Shown: piece by piece, positions 1 through 11,428 of the stretch
How the letters are laid out: each line of letters begins with the position of its first letter
Numbering within the stretch: position 1 is the stretch's first letter
From: Scyliorhinus canicula
Taxonomy: Eukaryota
Length of the DNA stretch: 64,000 bases
NCBI RefSeq assembly: GCF_902713615.1
Contig: NC_052146.1
Location: 295,252,000-295,315,999 of the forward strand
Direction: 5' to 3'
Position numbers and translations under genes: made by a program
Notes under the pieces: generated by a model
The model's database searches: none
Told to the model about the DNA's origin: nothing
The model's input: the letters and a program-made list of their open reading frames with translations, nothing else

Positions 1-820
1 AAATGTATTCGCTGATGCAGTCTAGCAAGGACACCGGTCCGGATGGCTTTCTGATTGAATTTTCCAAGATGTTCTCAGAGCAGATTGTACCTTTATCATT
101 GGACATGTTCAATGATTCCCTATCCTGGGGGTAACTGCCTCCAACCCTCACACAAGCCTCTATTTCCTGGCTCCTTAAGAGGGACAAAGATCCGACAGTG
201 TGGTTTGAACAGTCCTATCTCTTTTTTGAATGCGGATATCAACTGCTAGCTAAGGTTCTGGCACTCCGGTTGGAGCCTTGCCTTCTAAATATAATTTTGG
301 AGATTCAAATAGGCTTTGTGACGACGCCTTAGATGTCACCCGTTCTCCTTCCCCAGTACCCAAACAGGAGGTGATAGCATCTCTGGATGTGGAAAAGGCA
401 TTTGACAGACTGCAATGGGAGTATTTGAGATTCTCTGGAGAATTGGATTCGGTCATAAATATTTCTCGGATTCGCCTGTTATATAATACCCTTACGGCCA
501 GTTCATATGAATGCTTTATGCTATTATTTTCCCTTGAATAGGGGCACTAGACAGGGCTGTGCACTTTCTCCACTCTTGTTCGCCCTGGCGATAGAGCTGC
601 TCTCTATAGCGTTGAGGTCCTCTAGTGAATGGAGGGGTATTAGTTGAGTTGGGGTGGAGTATCGTGTCTCTCTATGCGGATGACCTACTTCTTTATATTA
701 CAGACCCAACTCCCTCCATCGAGGGCATTATGAAGTTGCTTCTCTAATACAAACTTTGGTTATCTGGGGGTCCAGGTGGCCCACAACTATGCCTCACTTC
801 ATAAGTTGAATCACACAAGC
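1..820 (+). mobile_element. Decayed L1/Tx1-clade LINE ORF2 (reverse transcriptase) fragment
   Basis: RT motifs across frameshifts: GPDGF, YRPI-like, SLDVEKAFDRLQWEYL (ORF 278..541), [28 protein letters not shown]. Stops and frameshifts present. Confidence 0.8.
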
Positions 821-899
821 CTTTGCTGCACTCCCTCCATAGCAAGAACATCCTTCCTCATAAGGACACCAAAACTGCACACAATACTTCAGGTGTGAA

Positions 900-1230
900 T
901 CATAGAATTTCAGTGCGGAAGGAGGCCATAGGGCCCATTGAGTCTGTCCCAGCCCTTAGAAAGAGCACCCTACATAAGCCCACGCCTTCACCCGATCCCC
1001 GTAACCACAGCTAATCTTTTGGACACTGAGGGGCAATTTAGCATGGCCAATCCACCTAATCTGCACATTTTTGGACTGTGGGAGGAAACCGGAGCACCCG
1101 GAGGAAACACAAGCAGACACAGGGAGAACGTACAGACTCCGCACTGAATGTGACCCAAGCCGGGAATTGAACCTGGGATCCTGGCAACAATGTGAAGTAA
1201 CAATGCTAACCACTGTACTACCGTGCTGCC
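900..1230 (-). mobile_element. HE1-type tRNA-derived V-SINE (representative of about 30 copies in the window)
   Basis: tRNA-like head with A/B boxes (GTGGTTAGC...GGTTCAATTCCC), central GGGTTTCCTCCGGGTGCTCCGGTTTCCTCCCAC domain and CR1-like tail. Other copies at about 1780-2075(-), 2988-3310(+), 3462-3702(+), 3737-3963(-), 4618-4830(+), 6170-6410(+), 18240-18520(-), 19480-19828(+), 20944-21125(+), 25722-26050(-), 26684-26880(+), 28232-28460(-), 30125-30460(-), 32775-33082(+), 35944-36175(+), 36482-36710(+), 39130-39395(-), 39815-40023(-), 40995-41218(+), 46593-46914(+), 47535-47855(-), 51270-51478(-), 51965-52148(-), 52420-52648(-), 52712-53022(-), 54015-54243(+), 54780-55005(-), 58075-58265(+), 60656-60932(-). 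Confidence 0.85.
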
Positions 1231-1254
1231 CATTTCAGATCCTTGACTCCAAGG

Positions 1255-1510
1255 TCTCAAGGCCAACCACATTGTTATGGATCTGGAGTCACATGTAGAC
1301 CAGACCATGTAAGGATGGCAGGTTTCTGTTCCGAAAGGACATTAGTGAACCAGATGGGGTTTTACACAAATCAATTATGCTTTCAATTCCCAACTTTATT
1401 AACTGAATTTAAATTCCACCAGCTGCCATGGTGGGAGTTGAATCCATATCCCCAGAGCATTACATGTGCCTCTGTATTACTAATCCAGTAACTACGCCAC
1501 CATCTCCCCA
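1255..1510 (-). mobile_element. Second tRNA-derived SINE family (MER131-like core)
   Basis: Minus strand reads CTGGTTCACTAATGTCCTTT-CGGAACAGAAACCTGCCATCCTTAC...ATGTGACTCCAG. Related copies at about 5277-5500(-), 23930-24240(+) and 48400-49340(-). Family name is from memory and tentative. Confidence 0.6.
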
Positions 1511-2359
1511 TGCACAGTCTTTTACCCACAACGATTAAAGATGGATCCTTCTTGTATTCAGCAAAACTCATAACAAGCTTTGAAAAAAATTCTCATGGAA
1601 CAAATGAGTGATTCAAGCACCAAAATATTCATAAACATTTAAGGTAAACAAACTCTTGCTACTGCACAGCCATTACTCATTAACACAATGGTAATTTTGA
1701 TTTGCAAAGTACATGCAAAATATATTCCATTAGATTTTGTAAAAGTGGTTTCAGTTTTAATTCGCAACTGATTTTACTATAATAATCATAATAATCTTTA
1801 TTATTAACTTACATTAACACTGCAATGAAGTTCCTGTGAAAAGTCCCGAGTCGCCACATTGCGACGCTTGTTCGGGTACAGAGGGAGAATTCAGAATGTC
1901 CAAATTACCCAACAGCACGTCATTCGGGACTTGTGGGAGGAAACTGGAGCACCTGGAGGAAACCCACACAAACACGGGGAGAACGTGCAGACTCCGCACA
2001 GACAGTGAGCAAAGTGGGAACTGAACCTGCGACCCTGGCGCTGTGAAACAATAGTGCTAACCACTGTGCTGCCATGCAACCCAGTAACAAAATGATTAAT
2101 ATATGGTGCTACAGCACAGTGTGACCTGTACCAGAGGACAACCTCCGGATTGAGGCTGTGCCAGATTTAGGATCTAGCCGTATTTTGGGTTGGGTGTTCA
2201 AGCCAAACTCGGTCGGGTGGAGTCAAGGATCACTCAGAGCACGGGAATACAATGGTGAGTGAGACAGATAAATATTCAGGTGCTGCACTGCACCAATGCA
2301 GCACTGTACTGCACTATAATGTTGCTTTCCAATCCAAATACTTGCGGTGGTTACTAGAT

Positions 2360-2962
2360 ATCAACATCTTGGGGATTACTATTGACCAGAAGCTGAACTG
2401 GACTAGCCATATAAATAAATACTGTGGTGACAAGGGCAGGTCAGAGGCTCAGAGTCTTGTGGCAAGTAACTCATCTCCTGACTCGCCTTAGCCTGTCCAC
2501 TACCTATGAGGCACAGGTCAGGAACGTGGTGAAATACTTCCACACTTGCCTGGATAAGTGCAACTCCAACAACACTCAAGAAGCTCGATACCATCCAGGA
2601 CAAAACAGCCCGCCTGATTGGCACCCTTTCCACAAATATTCACTCCCTCCACCACCGACGCACAGTGTGTACCTTCTATAAGATGCACTGCAGGAACGCA
2701 CCAAGGCTGCTTAGGCATAACATTACAAACCCACAACCACCACCATCTTGGAAGGACAAGGGTAGCTGATATATGGGAACCTTACCATCTGCGAGTCACT
2801 CACCAACCTGACTTAGAAATATATCCCCGTTCCTTCACTGTCACTGGGGAACCCTTCTGAATAGCGCAGTGGACCACCACATGAACTACAGCGGGTTCAA
2901 GAAGGCAGCTCACCACCACCTTCTCGAGGGCAATTAGGAATGGACAACAAATGCTGGCCTAG
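2360..2962 (+). mobile_element. LINE 3'-end fragment (ORF2 C-terminus plus tail)
   Basis: Decayed NILGITIDQKLNWTSHIN...YEAQVRNVVKY peptide. The tail GGGCAATTAGGAATGGACAACAAATGCTGGCC is shared with the MER131-like SINE 3' end. Confidence 0.6.
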
Positions 2963-4317
2963 CACTGGTGGTTAGCATTGTCGCTTCTAGGGCAGCACAG
3001 TGGCCTGGTGGTTAGCACAACTGCCTCACGGCGCTGAGGTCCCAGGTTCGATCCCGGCTCTGGGTCACTGTCCGTGTGGAGTTTTCACGTTCTCCCCGTG
3101 TCTGCGTGGGTTTCGCCCCCACAACCCAAAAATGTGCAGAGTAGGTGGATTGGCCATGATAAATTGCCGTTAGTGTCCAAAGGTGTTGGGTGGGGTTGCT
3201 GGGTTACGGGTATTGGATGGAGGTGTCGGCTTAAGTGGGGTGCTCTTTCCAAGGGCTGTTGCAGATTCGATCGGCCGAATGGCCTCCTTCTGCACTGTAA
3301 ATTCTATGTCCAGCCAGCGACGCCCACATCGCGTAAAAATGAATTTTCAAAAAATTCAATATTGGAAATTAATGCATGAAATTGGATAAGAAGCTACTTG
3401 AAATCGCACAGGTGCCCAACTAAGTACAGGTAATTCTGAAATCTCACTCTCTCACTCCCAATCTTTGCACGTTCTCCCTGTGTCTGCATGGCTTTCCTCC
3501 GGGTACTCCGGTTTCCTCCCACAGTCCAAAGATGTGCAGGTTCAGTGGATTGGCCATGATAAATTGCCCCTTAGTGTCGAAAAAGGTTAGGTGGGGTTAC
3601 TGGGATAGGGTAGAGGTGTGAGCTTTAGTAGGGTGCTCTTTCCAAGGGTCGATACAGACTCGATGGGCCGAATGGCCTCCTTCTGCATTGTGAATTCTAT
3701 GATACATTGATGTCTGTGGGAGCATGCTGTGCGTAAATTTAAAAAAAAAATTTAGAGTACCCAATTATTTTTTCCAATTAAGGGCAATTTAGCGTGGCCA
3801 ATCCACCTACCCTGCACATCTTTTGGGTTGTGGGGGTGAAACCCACGCAGACATGGGGAGAATGTGCAAACTCTTCACGGACAGTGACCCGGAGCCGGGA
3901 TTCGAACCCGGGTCCTCAGCGCCGGAGGCAGCAATGCTAACCACTGTGCCACCGTGCTGCCCTTGCTGTGCGTAAATTGACTGATGCATTTCCTGCATTA
4001 CAAGAATGGCTACAGTTAACAAAATGTATTTAATTGGTTGGCTATAAAGAGCTTCTAGATCTTCAATAGTTATAAAAAGTGTGGTATAAACGCAATACTG
4101 TCTTTCTGGGTCTGGAAGAGAAAATATATTGTATGTGGGGTAACACAGCAAGTAAAGCCATTCCATCAGAGCTCGAAACACTGGCAATTACCTCAAACTA
4201 CAAAGTTCACGCTGCTACCCAAATCATAATGAAAACTTTGTGTGAACACATTGTTCATCTTCTTCGATACTGCACCCAACCAGCAACTCACAAGAGAATT
4301 GTTAGAAGATAAACGAG

Positions 4318-4503
4318 GGGCAGGATTCTTCATCCCGCCAGCCCCATTTTTCGGCGGGGCGTGCCCCCACCGGTAGCGGGATTCTCCATTCCCGCAGCCG
4401 GCCAATTGGAGTTCCCAGTGTGGGCCACCCCAGGCCATCGGGAAACGCGCAGATGCGGGTGTGCTGCCGGCAGCGTGGAGGATCCTGCCGACGGAGAATC
4501 CCG
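4318..4503. mobile_element. GC-rich MITE (GGGCRGGATTCTCC-type TIR)
   Basis: Starts GGGCAGGATTCT, ends GGAGAATCCCG, with internal sub-terminal repeats. Same family as 26192-26350 and 51100-51959. Confidence 0.6.
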
Positions 4504-4949
4504 TTGTGGGTGTTTAGAAACTGCTAAGACATGTCTCTGAACCCCTTCACTTTGGAATAATCCCATTAAACATATAAGGATGAAAAACATCTTGATGAAT
4601 ATTAACTTTTAAAAACTTGGTTAGCATTGCTGCCTCACGGCGCCGAGGTCCCAGGTTCGATTCCGGCTCTGGGTCACTGTCCGTGTGGAGTTTGCACATT
4701 CTCCCAGTGTTTGCGTGGGTTTCGCATCCACAACCCAAAGATGTGCAGTCTAGGTGGATTGGCCACGCTAAATTGCCCCTTAATTCGAAAAAATGAATTG
4801 GGTACTCTAAATTTTTTTTAAAACTTTTAAAACTTAAGCTAATCTTGGTGGTAGATTGGTTCCTCTGCTCCTCATGCATTTTTCAATTGCATTTACAATG
4901 TTGCTAAACGCAGGCAACCAGAGCAATCCTTTCCCAAAGCTTACTTGAC

Positions 4950-5075
4950 AAAATGTGGAGGTGCCAGCGTTTGACTAGGGTGGGCACAGTAAGAAATCTT
5001 AAACACCAGGTTAAAGTCCAACAGGTTTGTTTCGAATCACTAGCTTCTGGAGCGCAACTCCTTCCTCAGGTTCAC
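4950..5075 (-). mobile_element. Penelope-like terminal repeat fragment with mutated hammerhead motif
   Basis: Reverse complement of the 11305-11428 Penelope end. CTGAGGA box kept; GAAA box altered to AGAA. Confidence 0.7.
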
Positions 5076-6095
5076 TAACCTGTGTGAGGGGAACCCCATG
5101 TTGCATCAATTGAACTGATTCCATTCAGGGGTTAGGTGGGAGTGGGACACTTTGTGAATCTTTTCCCTTGAGTTTTACATGCTAACAAGACAGATAATGT
5201 GATTTGGGCATCTTGCTAACCACCCCAAATTGGTCTTAAACAGAATGGTTTGCTTGGTCATGTCGGAGGGCAATCCAAGAGTCAACCACATTGCTGTGGG
5301 CCTGGTGTCACAAGTAGGCCAGGCTGGGTAAGGATAGAAGAATACCTTCCTGAAAGAATATTAGCGAACTGGTTGCCGTCACTGTTTTTAAAAAATCTTA
5401 AATCCAGTTCCAATAGCTCACACAGTGGATTTGAACCCAGCAGTCTGAGTCTCTGGATTGCCAGTCCAGTACCATACGACATTACCACTGTGCCACCATC
5501 TGTTGGGCCATTAAAGTTGACAACGTTGTGGAGTTCTACATACATTTGTAATCCCACAGGGTTAGTTTATTTGAGTCTCACTCAAAATTCACAAAGAGTA
5601 AACTGCAAACTTTGTAAATGCATCTGATTCAAGTTATTCAACAAGAACTAAAATTATCTTGACACAAAGTGGTCCGGCTGAATCTCATTTTTGGGAAGTT
5701 AAACAAACAGGTGCGCTGTCAGTAATAATTTCAAAGAAACACTTTAATTTGCAACAAAAAGTGCCAGTCAGCTTCAAGCAAGGTTTCTGTTTTGAAAGGT
5801 TCCACTTCAGCTGAATTTAGTGACTTTTATCACAGAAACCATTTCGTGAATCACCAAAATGCAACAAATATCTTTACTGTTTAAAAAGTTAATTTATTCT
5901 TTTTTTGAACCAAATCACCAAGCTATAATGTAAGCAATAAGATCAGCCAATTACTAAGACATTGGTTTAAGAAACAATAGGAATAACCCCAGATTTTTAA
6001 AAACATCACAAATGTGACAAAACTGAATTTGACTTATTTGCTTAAGGCAAATTAGATTCTTCTTGGTTCAAAAGTGCAATTATATACACGTATAC

Positions 6096-6097
<2 letters not shown>

Positions 6098-6136
<39 letters not shown>
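6098..6136. repeat. (GT)n microsatellite
   Basis: Direct dinucleotide run. Confidence 0.95.
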
Positions 6137-6140
<4 letters not shown>

Positions 6141-6429
6141 ATTACATTTATACTAGGACTGAATGGATGAGTGGCGCAGTGGGTAGCACTGCTGCCTCAC
6201 AGGGCTGAGGTCGCAGGTTCGATCCCAGCACTGGGTCACTGTCCATGTGGAGTTTGCACATTCTCTCTCTGTTTGCGTGGGTTTCGCGTGCCCCCCCCCC
6301 CCCCCCACCCACCCACCCACCCCACAACCCAAAGATGTGCAGGGTAGGTTGATTGGCCATGCTAAATTGCCCCTCAATTGGAAACAATGAATTTTTTTTT
6401 TTTTAAAGGTTTGAATGGATGAGAAGTGT

Positions 6430-8953
6430 GTTTGAGTGGGTTTTGACCCGGGGTTGGGGGGTGGGTTTTGAGCCGGGATTGGGGGTTGGGTTTGGAGCGT
6501 GGGTTTGGAGCCGGGGTTGGGGGGTGGGTTTGGACCCGGGGTTGGGGGGTGGGTTTGGACCCGGGGTTGGGGGGTGGGTTTGGACCCGGGGTTGGGGGGT
6601 GGGTTGGAGCCGGGGTTTGGACCCGGGGTTGGGGGGTGGGTTTGGACCCGGGGTTGGGGGGTGGGTTGGAGCCGGGGGTCTGGGTGGGTTGGAGCCGGGG
6701 TTGGGGGGGGGTGGAGCCGGGGTTGGGGGGGGGGTGGAGCCGGGGTTGGGGGGGGGGGGGTGGAGCCGGGGTTGGGGGGGGGTGGAGCCGGGGTTGGGGG
6801 GGGGGGTGGAGCCGGGGTTGGGGGGGGTGGAGCCGGGGTCGGGGGGGGGGGGGGTGGAGGCGGGGTCGGGGGGGGTGGAGGCGGGGTCGGGGGGGGGTGG
6901 AGGAGGGGTCGGGGGGGGGGGTGGAGGCGGGGTCGGGGGGGGCTGGAGCGGGGGGGGGTGGAGCGGGGGGGGGGGTGGAGCGGGGGGGGGGGGGGTGGAG
7001 CCAGGGGGGGGGTGGAGCCGGGTTGGGGGGGGGGTGGAGCCGGGTTGGGGGGGGGTTGAGCCGGGGTTGGGTTGAGCCGGGGTTGGGGGGGGGGGTTGAG
7101 ACGGGGGGGTTGAGCCGGGGTTGGGGGGGGGGGGTTTGAGCCGGGGTTGGGGGGGGGGGGGTTGAGCCGGGGTTGGGGGGGGGGGGTTGAGCCGGGGTTG
7201 GGGGGGGGGGGTTGAGCCGGGGTGGGGGGGGGGTTGAGCCGGGGTTGGGGGGGGGGGGGGTTGAGCCGGGGTTGGGGGGGGGGTTGGGCCGGGGTTGGGG
7301 GGGGGGGGGGTTGAGCCGGGGTTGGGGGGGGGGGGGGGTTGAGCCGGGGTTGGGGGGGGGGGTGAGCCGGGGTTGGGGGGGGGGTTGAGCCGGGGTTGGG
7401 GGGGGGGGGGGTTGAGCCGGGGTTGGGGGGGGGGGGGGGGTTGAGCGGGGTTGGGGGGGGGGGTTGAGCCGGGGTTGGGGGGGGGTTTAGCCGGGGGTTG
7501 AGCCGGGGTTTGGGGGGGGGGGGGTTGAGCCGGGGTTGGGGGGGGGGGGTTGAGCCGGGGTTGGGGGGGGGGTTTAGCCGGGGGTTGAGCCGGGGTTGGG
7601 GGGGGGGTTTGGAGCGGGGTTGGGGGGGGGGTGGGGTGGGTTTGGAACCGGGGGTTGGGGGGGGGGGGGTGGGGGGGTTGGAACCGGGGTTGGGGGGGGG
7701 GGGGTGGGGTGGGTTTGGAACGGGGTTGGGGGGGGGGGGTGGGGTGGGTTTGGAACCGGGGTTGGGGGGGGGGTGGGGTGGGTTTGGAACCGGGGTTGGG
7801 GGGGGGGGGTGGGGTGGGTTTGGAACGGGGTTGGGGGGGGGGGGGGGGGTGGGGTGTTGGCGGGGTTGGGGGGGGGGGGGTGGGGTGGGTTTGGGGGGTT
7901 GGGGGGGGGGGGTGGGGTGGGTTTGGAACGGGGTTGGGGGGGGGGGGTGGGGTGGGTTGGAACGGGGTTGGGGGGGGGGGGTGGGGTGGGTTTGGAACGG
8001 GGTTGGGGGGGGGGGGGGGTGGGGTGGGTTTGGAACCGGGGTTGGGGGGGGGGGGGGGGTGGGGTGGGTTTGGAACCGGGGTGGGGGGGGGGGGGGTGGG
8101 GTGGGTTTGGAACCGGGGTTGGGGGGGGGGGGGTGGGGTGGGNNNNNNNNNNNNNNNNNNNNNNNNNNNNNNNNNNNNNNNNNNNNNNNNNNNNNNNNNN
8201 NNNNNNNNNNNNNNNNNNNNNNNNNNNNNNNNNNNNNNNNNNNNNNNNNNNNNNNNNNNNNNNNNNNNNNNNNNNNNNNNNNNNNNNNNNNNNNNNNNNN
8301 NNNNNNNNNNNNNNNNNNNNNNNNNNNNNNNNNNNNNNNNNNNNNNNNNNNNNNNNNNNNNNNNNNNNNNNNNNNNNNNNNNNNNNNNNNNNNNNNNNNN
8401 NNNNNNNNNNNNNNNNNNNNNNNNNNNNNNNNNNNNNNNNNNNTGGGGGGGGGGGGGGTGGGGGGGTNNNNNNNNNNNNNNNNNNNNNNNNNNNNNNNNN
8501 NNNNNNNNNNNNNNNNNNNNNNNNNNNNNNNNNNNNNNNNNNNNNNNNNNNNNNNNNNNNNNNNNNNNNNNNNNNNNNNNNNNNNNNNNNNNNNNTGGGG
8601 GGGGTTTGGAACCGGGGTTGGGGGGGGGGGGGGTGGGGTGGGTTTGGAACGGGGGTGGGGGGGGTGGGTTTGGAGCGGGGTTGGGGGTGGGGGGGTGGGT
8701 TTGGAGCCGGGGTTGGGGGTGGGGGGGTGGGTTTGGAGCCGGGGTTGGGGGTGGGGGGTGGGTTTGGAGCCGGGGTTGGGGGTGGGGGGGTGGGTTTGGA
8801 GCCGGGGTTGGGGGTGGGTGGGTGGGTTTGGAGCCGGGGTTGGGGGTGGGTGGGTTTGGAGCCGGGGTTGGGGGTGGGTGGGTTTGGAGCCGGGGTTGGG
8901 GGTGGGTGGGTTTGGAGCCGGGGTTGGGGTGGGTGGGTTTGGAGCCGGGGTTG
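6430..8953 (+). repeat. G-rich minisatellite (unit ~GGGTTTGGAGCCGGGGTTGGGGGT), G-quadruplex-forming potential, in DESI2 intron 1
   Basis: Tandem units of about 20-35 bp, each with 2-4 G-tracts. Interrupted by N runs at 8143-8443 and 8468-8595. Confidence 0.95.
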
Positions 8954-9115
8954 AGACCTGCTTCACTTTTTTGGTCCTAAATTTCCTGAGTTTACATTGG
9001 CAGCAATAGAACCTTGAAGCAGGCTGAGCGGTAATTTATAGTTATTTACACACAGCCTCTGAGCTAATGTGAGTTACTATAAGTTGTATTGAGGGTTGAA
9101 TTGCCGCTCACTCAC

Positions 9116-9154
9116 CATGTCGTACACATTGAGGATCACCAGCTCGTTGGCCAT
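9116..9154 (-). CDS. desi2: DESI2 (desumoylating isopeptidase 2 / PPPDE1) first coding exon; rest of the gene not found, presumably left of the window
   Basis: ATG GCC AAC GAG CTG GTG ATC CTC AAT GTG TAC GAC ATG|GTGAGT = MANELVILNVYDM. Matches the vertebrate DESI2 N-terminus (human MGANQLVVLNVYDM), with a phase-0 intron directly after YDM, in a CpG island. Confidence 0.85.
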
Positions 9155-9435
9155 TCTCAGGCGGTCGCTCCAGCCGGCCGGCCGGCGGATGGACAGGGAG
9201 CGCTAGCTGGGCTTCCCCTCCTCCTCCTCCCTCAGCCCCGACCCGGGGCGATCCTCACCGGCTTCCCCCTCCCCCCGGCGCCGCCCAGCCCAATCCTGGC
9301 ACCCTCCGTCTCACCGGGCCAGACGCCGCCCCCAACGGCCGCTCCTCCAGCAAGGGCGGGCGCGCCAACTCGTCTCTCACGGCATCCACTCTGCCCCCGT
9401 CCCCATCGTCGGCGGACAAAAGGCGAAGCCGCACC

Positions 9436-10012
9436 TCAGTCCTCCCCACCGCCCTGGGGCGCTGCAGCCTCAGAAAGCGGAGCTGGTGGTGGACATTCAG
9501 TCCTCCCCACCGCCCTGGGGCGCTGCAGCCTCAGAAAGCGGAGCTGGTGGTGGACATTCAGTCCCTCCCCACCCGCCCGGGGGCGCTACAGCCTCAGAAA
9601 GCGGTGCTGGTGGTGGACATTCAGTCCTCCCCACCGCCCGGGGGCGCTACAGCCTCAGAAAGCGGTGCTGGTGGTGGACATTCAGTCCTCCCCACCGCCC
9701 GGGGACGTACAGCCTCAGAAAGCGGTGCTGGTGGTGGAAATCCAGTCCTCCTCACCGCCCGGGGGCGCTGCAGCCTCAGAAAGCGGTGCTGGTGGTGGAC
9801 ATTCAGTCCTCCCCACCGCCCGGGGGCGCTGCAGCCCTAGAAGGCGGCGGCGGTGGTGGAAATCCAGTCCTCCTCACCGCCCGGGGGCGCTGCAGCCCTA
9901 GAAGGCGGCGGTGGTGGTGGAAATCCAGTCCTCCTCACCGCCCGGGGGCGCTGCAGCCTCAGAAGGCGGCGGCGGTGGTGGAAATCCAGTCCTCCTCACC
10001 ACCCGGGGGCGC
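9436..10012 (+). repeat. 61-bp tandem repeat, 10 units, each with a CTCF-like core CCGCCCGGGGGCGC
   Basis: CAGTCC anchors at 9437, 9498, 9559, 9622, 9683, 9743, 9804, 9865, 9926 and 9987 (period 60-63, mostly 61). Confidence 0.9.
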
Positions 10013-10524
10013 CGGTGCAGAAGGACGTGGTGGAGGGAGCGGCTGCGACTCGCAGCGACACCCAGCGGCCGCCCCACGGAAGGTCATGTGCATGCTTCCT
10101 CAGTTAGGGAGAAGTAATGGAGGAGGATCAATAACCCCCCTCATTGCAGCTCGGATCCAGGGGTGACAATGGAGACATGCTCAGCTAACATTACAATTAT
10201 CATTCATTTTCACAATAGCTTACATGGCCAAATAGAAATATTTCCACTGCAACCAAATGTCTATTGAAAGTTGAAGATGAATCAGGTATATATAATTGAA
10301 GTTATTTTTTTCTCCCTGCCTTCACTCTAGATGTACCAAAGAGGTGTCAGCCACAGCAAATGGAGACTTTCTTAAAGTAAACCATTAGGGGCAGCACAGC
10401 GCTCAGTGGATTAGCCCTGCTGCCTCACGGCGCCGAGGTCCCAGGTTCGATCCCGGCTCTGGGTCACTGTCCGTGTGGAGTTTGCACATTCTCCCTGTGT
10501 TTGTGTGGGTTTCGCCCTCACAAC

Positions 10525-11428
10525 TGACAGAGTACCGTTCATCGTCCAGTACTTTCCTGGGCCGGAGAAACTACAACATCTTCTTCGCAGCCTTCAACAC
10601 ATCATCAATGAAGATGAACATCTTGCCAAGGTCATCCTCACACCCCCACTACTTGCCTTCAAACAACCGCGCAACCTCAAACAAGTCATTGTTTGCAGCA
10701 AATTACCCAGTCTTCAGAACAGCGACCACGACACCACACAACCCTGCCAGGGCAATCTCTGCAAGACATGCCAGATCATCGACATGGATACCACCATTAC
10801 ACGTGGTAACACCACCCACCAGGTACGCGGCACATACTCCTGCGACTCGACCAATGAGACCATGCTGACACTGCGACAAGAATGAACGGGCATCGTGCGA
10901 CAATCACCAGGCAGGAATGTTCCCTTCCAGTCGGGGAACACTTCAGCAGTCAAGGGCATTCAGCCTCTGATCTCCGGGTAAGCGTTCTCCAAGGCGGTCT
11001 TCAGGACAGACGACAACGCAGAATTGCCGAGCAAAAACTTATAGCTAAGTTCCGCACGCATGAGTGCGGCCTCAACCGTGATCTTGGATTCATGTCGCAT
11101 TACAGCCACCCCCCACCATCTGGCCCGGGCTTGCAAAATCCTACCAATTGTCCTGCCTTGAGACAATTCACACCTCTTTAATCTGGGATTACCCCATATC
11201 TCTGGATCTGTAATGATTTGATTACCCGCAAATGCTCGCATTCCAAGCATTGTCTGGCATCTCTGACTTTGTCTATATAAATGTTTCTGGAACATACCTC
11301 TCCATTCACCTGAGGAAGGAGCAGTGCTCCGAAAGCTCGTGTTTGAAACAAACCTGTTGGACTTTAACCTGGTGTTATCAGACTTCTTACTGTACTCACC
11401 CCAGTCCAACGCTGGCATCTCCACATCA
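10525..11428 (+). mobile_element. Penelope-like element 3' part (GIY-YIG endonuclease C-terminus plus terminal repeat), inserted into a V-SINE
   Basis: ORFs 10475..10885 (PCQGNLCKTC...TYSCDSTN) and 10882..11181 (MNGHR...PVGEHFS...AEQKLIAKFRTHECGLNRDLGF). SINE halves at 10388-10524 and 11429-11572. Confidence 0.85.
11305..11347 (+). ncRNA. Minimal type I hammerhead ribozyme motif in Penelope terminal repeat
   Basis: cac-CTGAGGA-A-GGAGC(AGT)GCTCC-GAAA-GCT-C-gtg: both catalytic boxes, 5-bp helix II, palindromic AGCT helix III, UC cleavage site, cac/gtg helix I. Confidence 0.75.

Larger units (their letters stand above)
9100..10090 (-). promoter_or_regulatory. CpG island / DESI2 5' UTR and promoter region
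   Basis: Very high GC and CpG density (GGCCGGCCGGCGG, GGCGCGCC, GC boxes) around and upstream of the DESI2 ATG. Confidence 0.75.

Noticed and set aside
6430-8953. Telomere-like or interstitial telomeric repeat
   Set aside because: No TTAGGG units; the GGGGTT resemblance is only part of a longer unit.
6153-9009. Long Pro-rich (937 aa) and Gly/Trp-rich ORFs
   Set aside because: Translations of the G-rich minisatellite, open in many frames and spanning N gaps; not genes.
9089-10166. Overlapping ORFs with repeated peptides, and a possible CRISPR-like array
   Set aside because: Products of a GC-rich 61-bp tandem repeat whose period is not a multiple of 3. There are no unique spacers or cas genes, and the DNA is eukaryotic.
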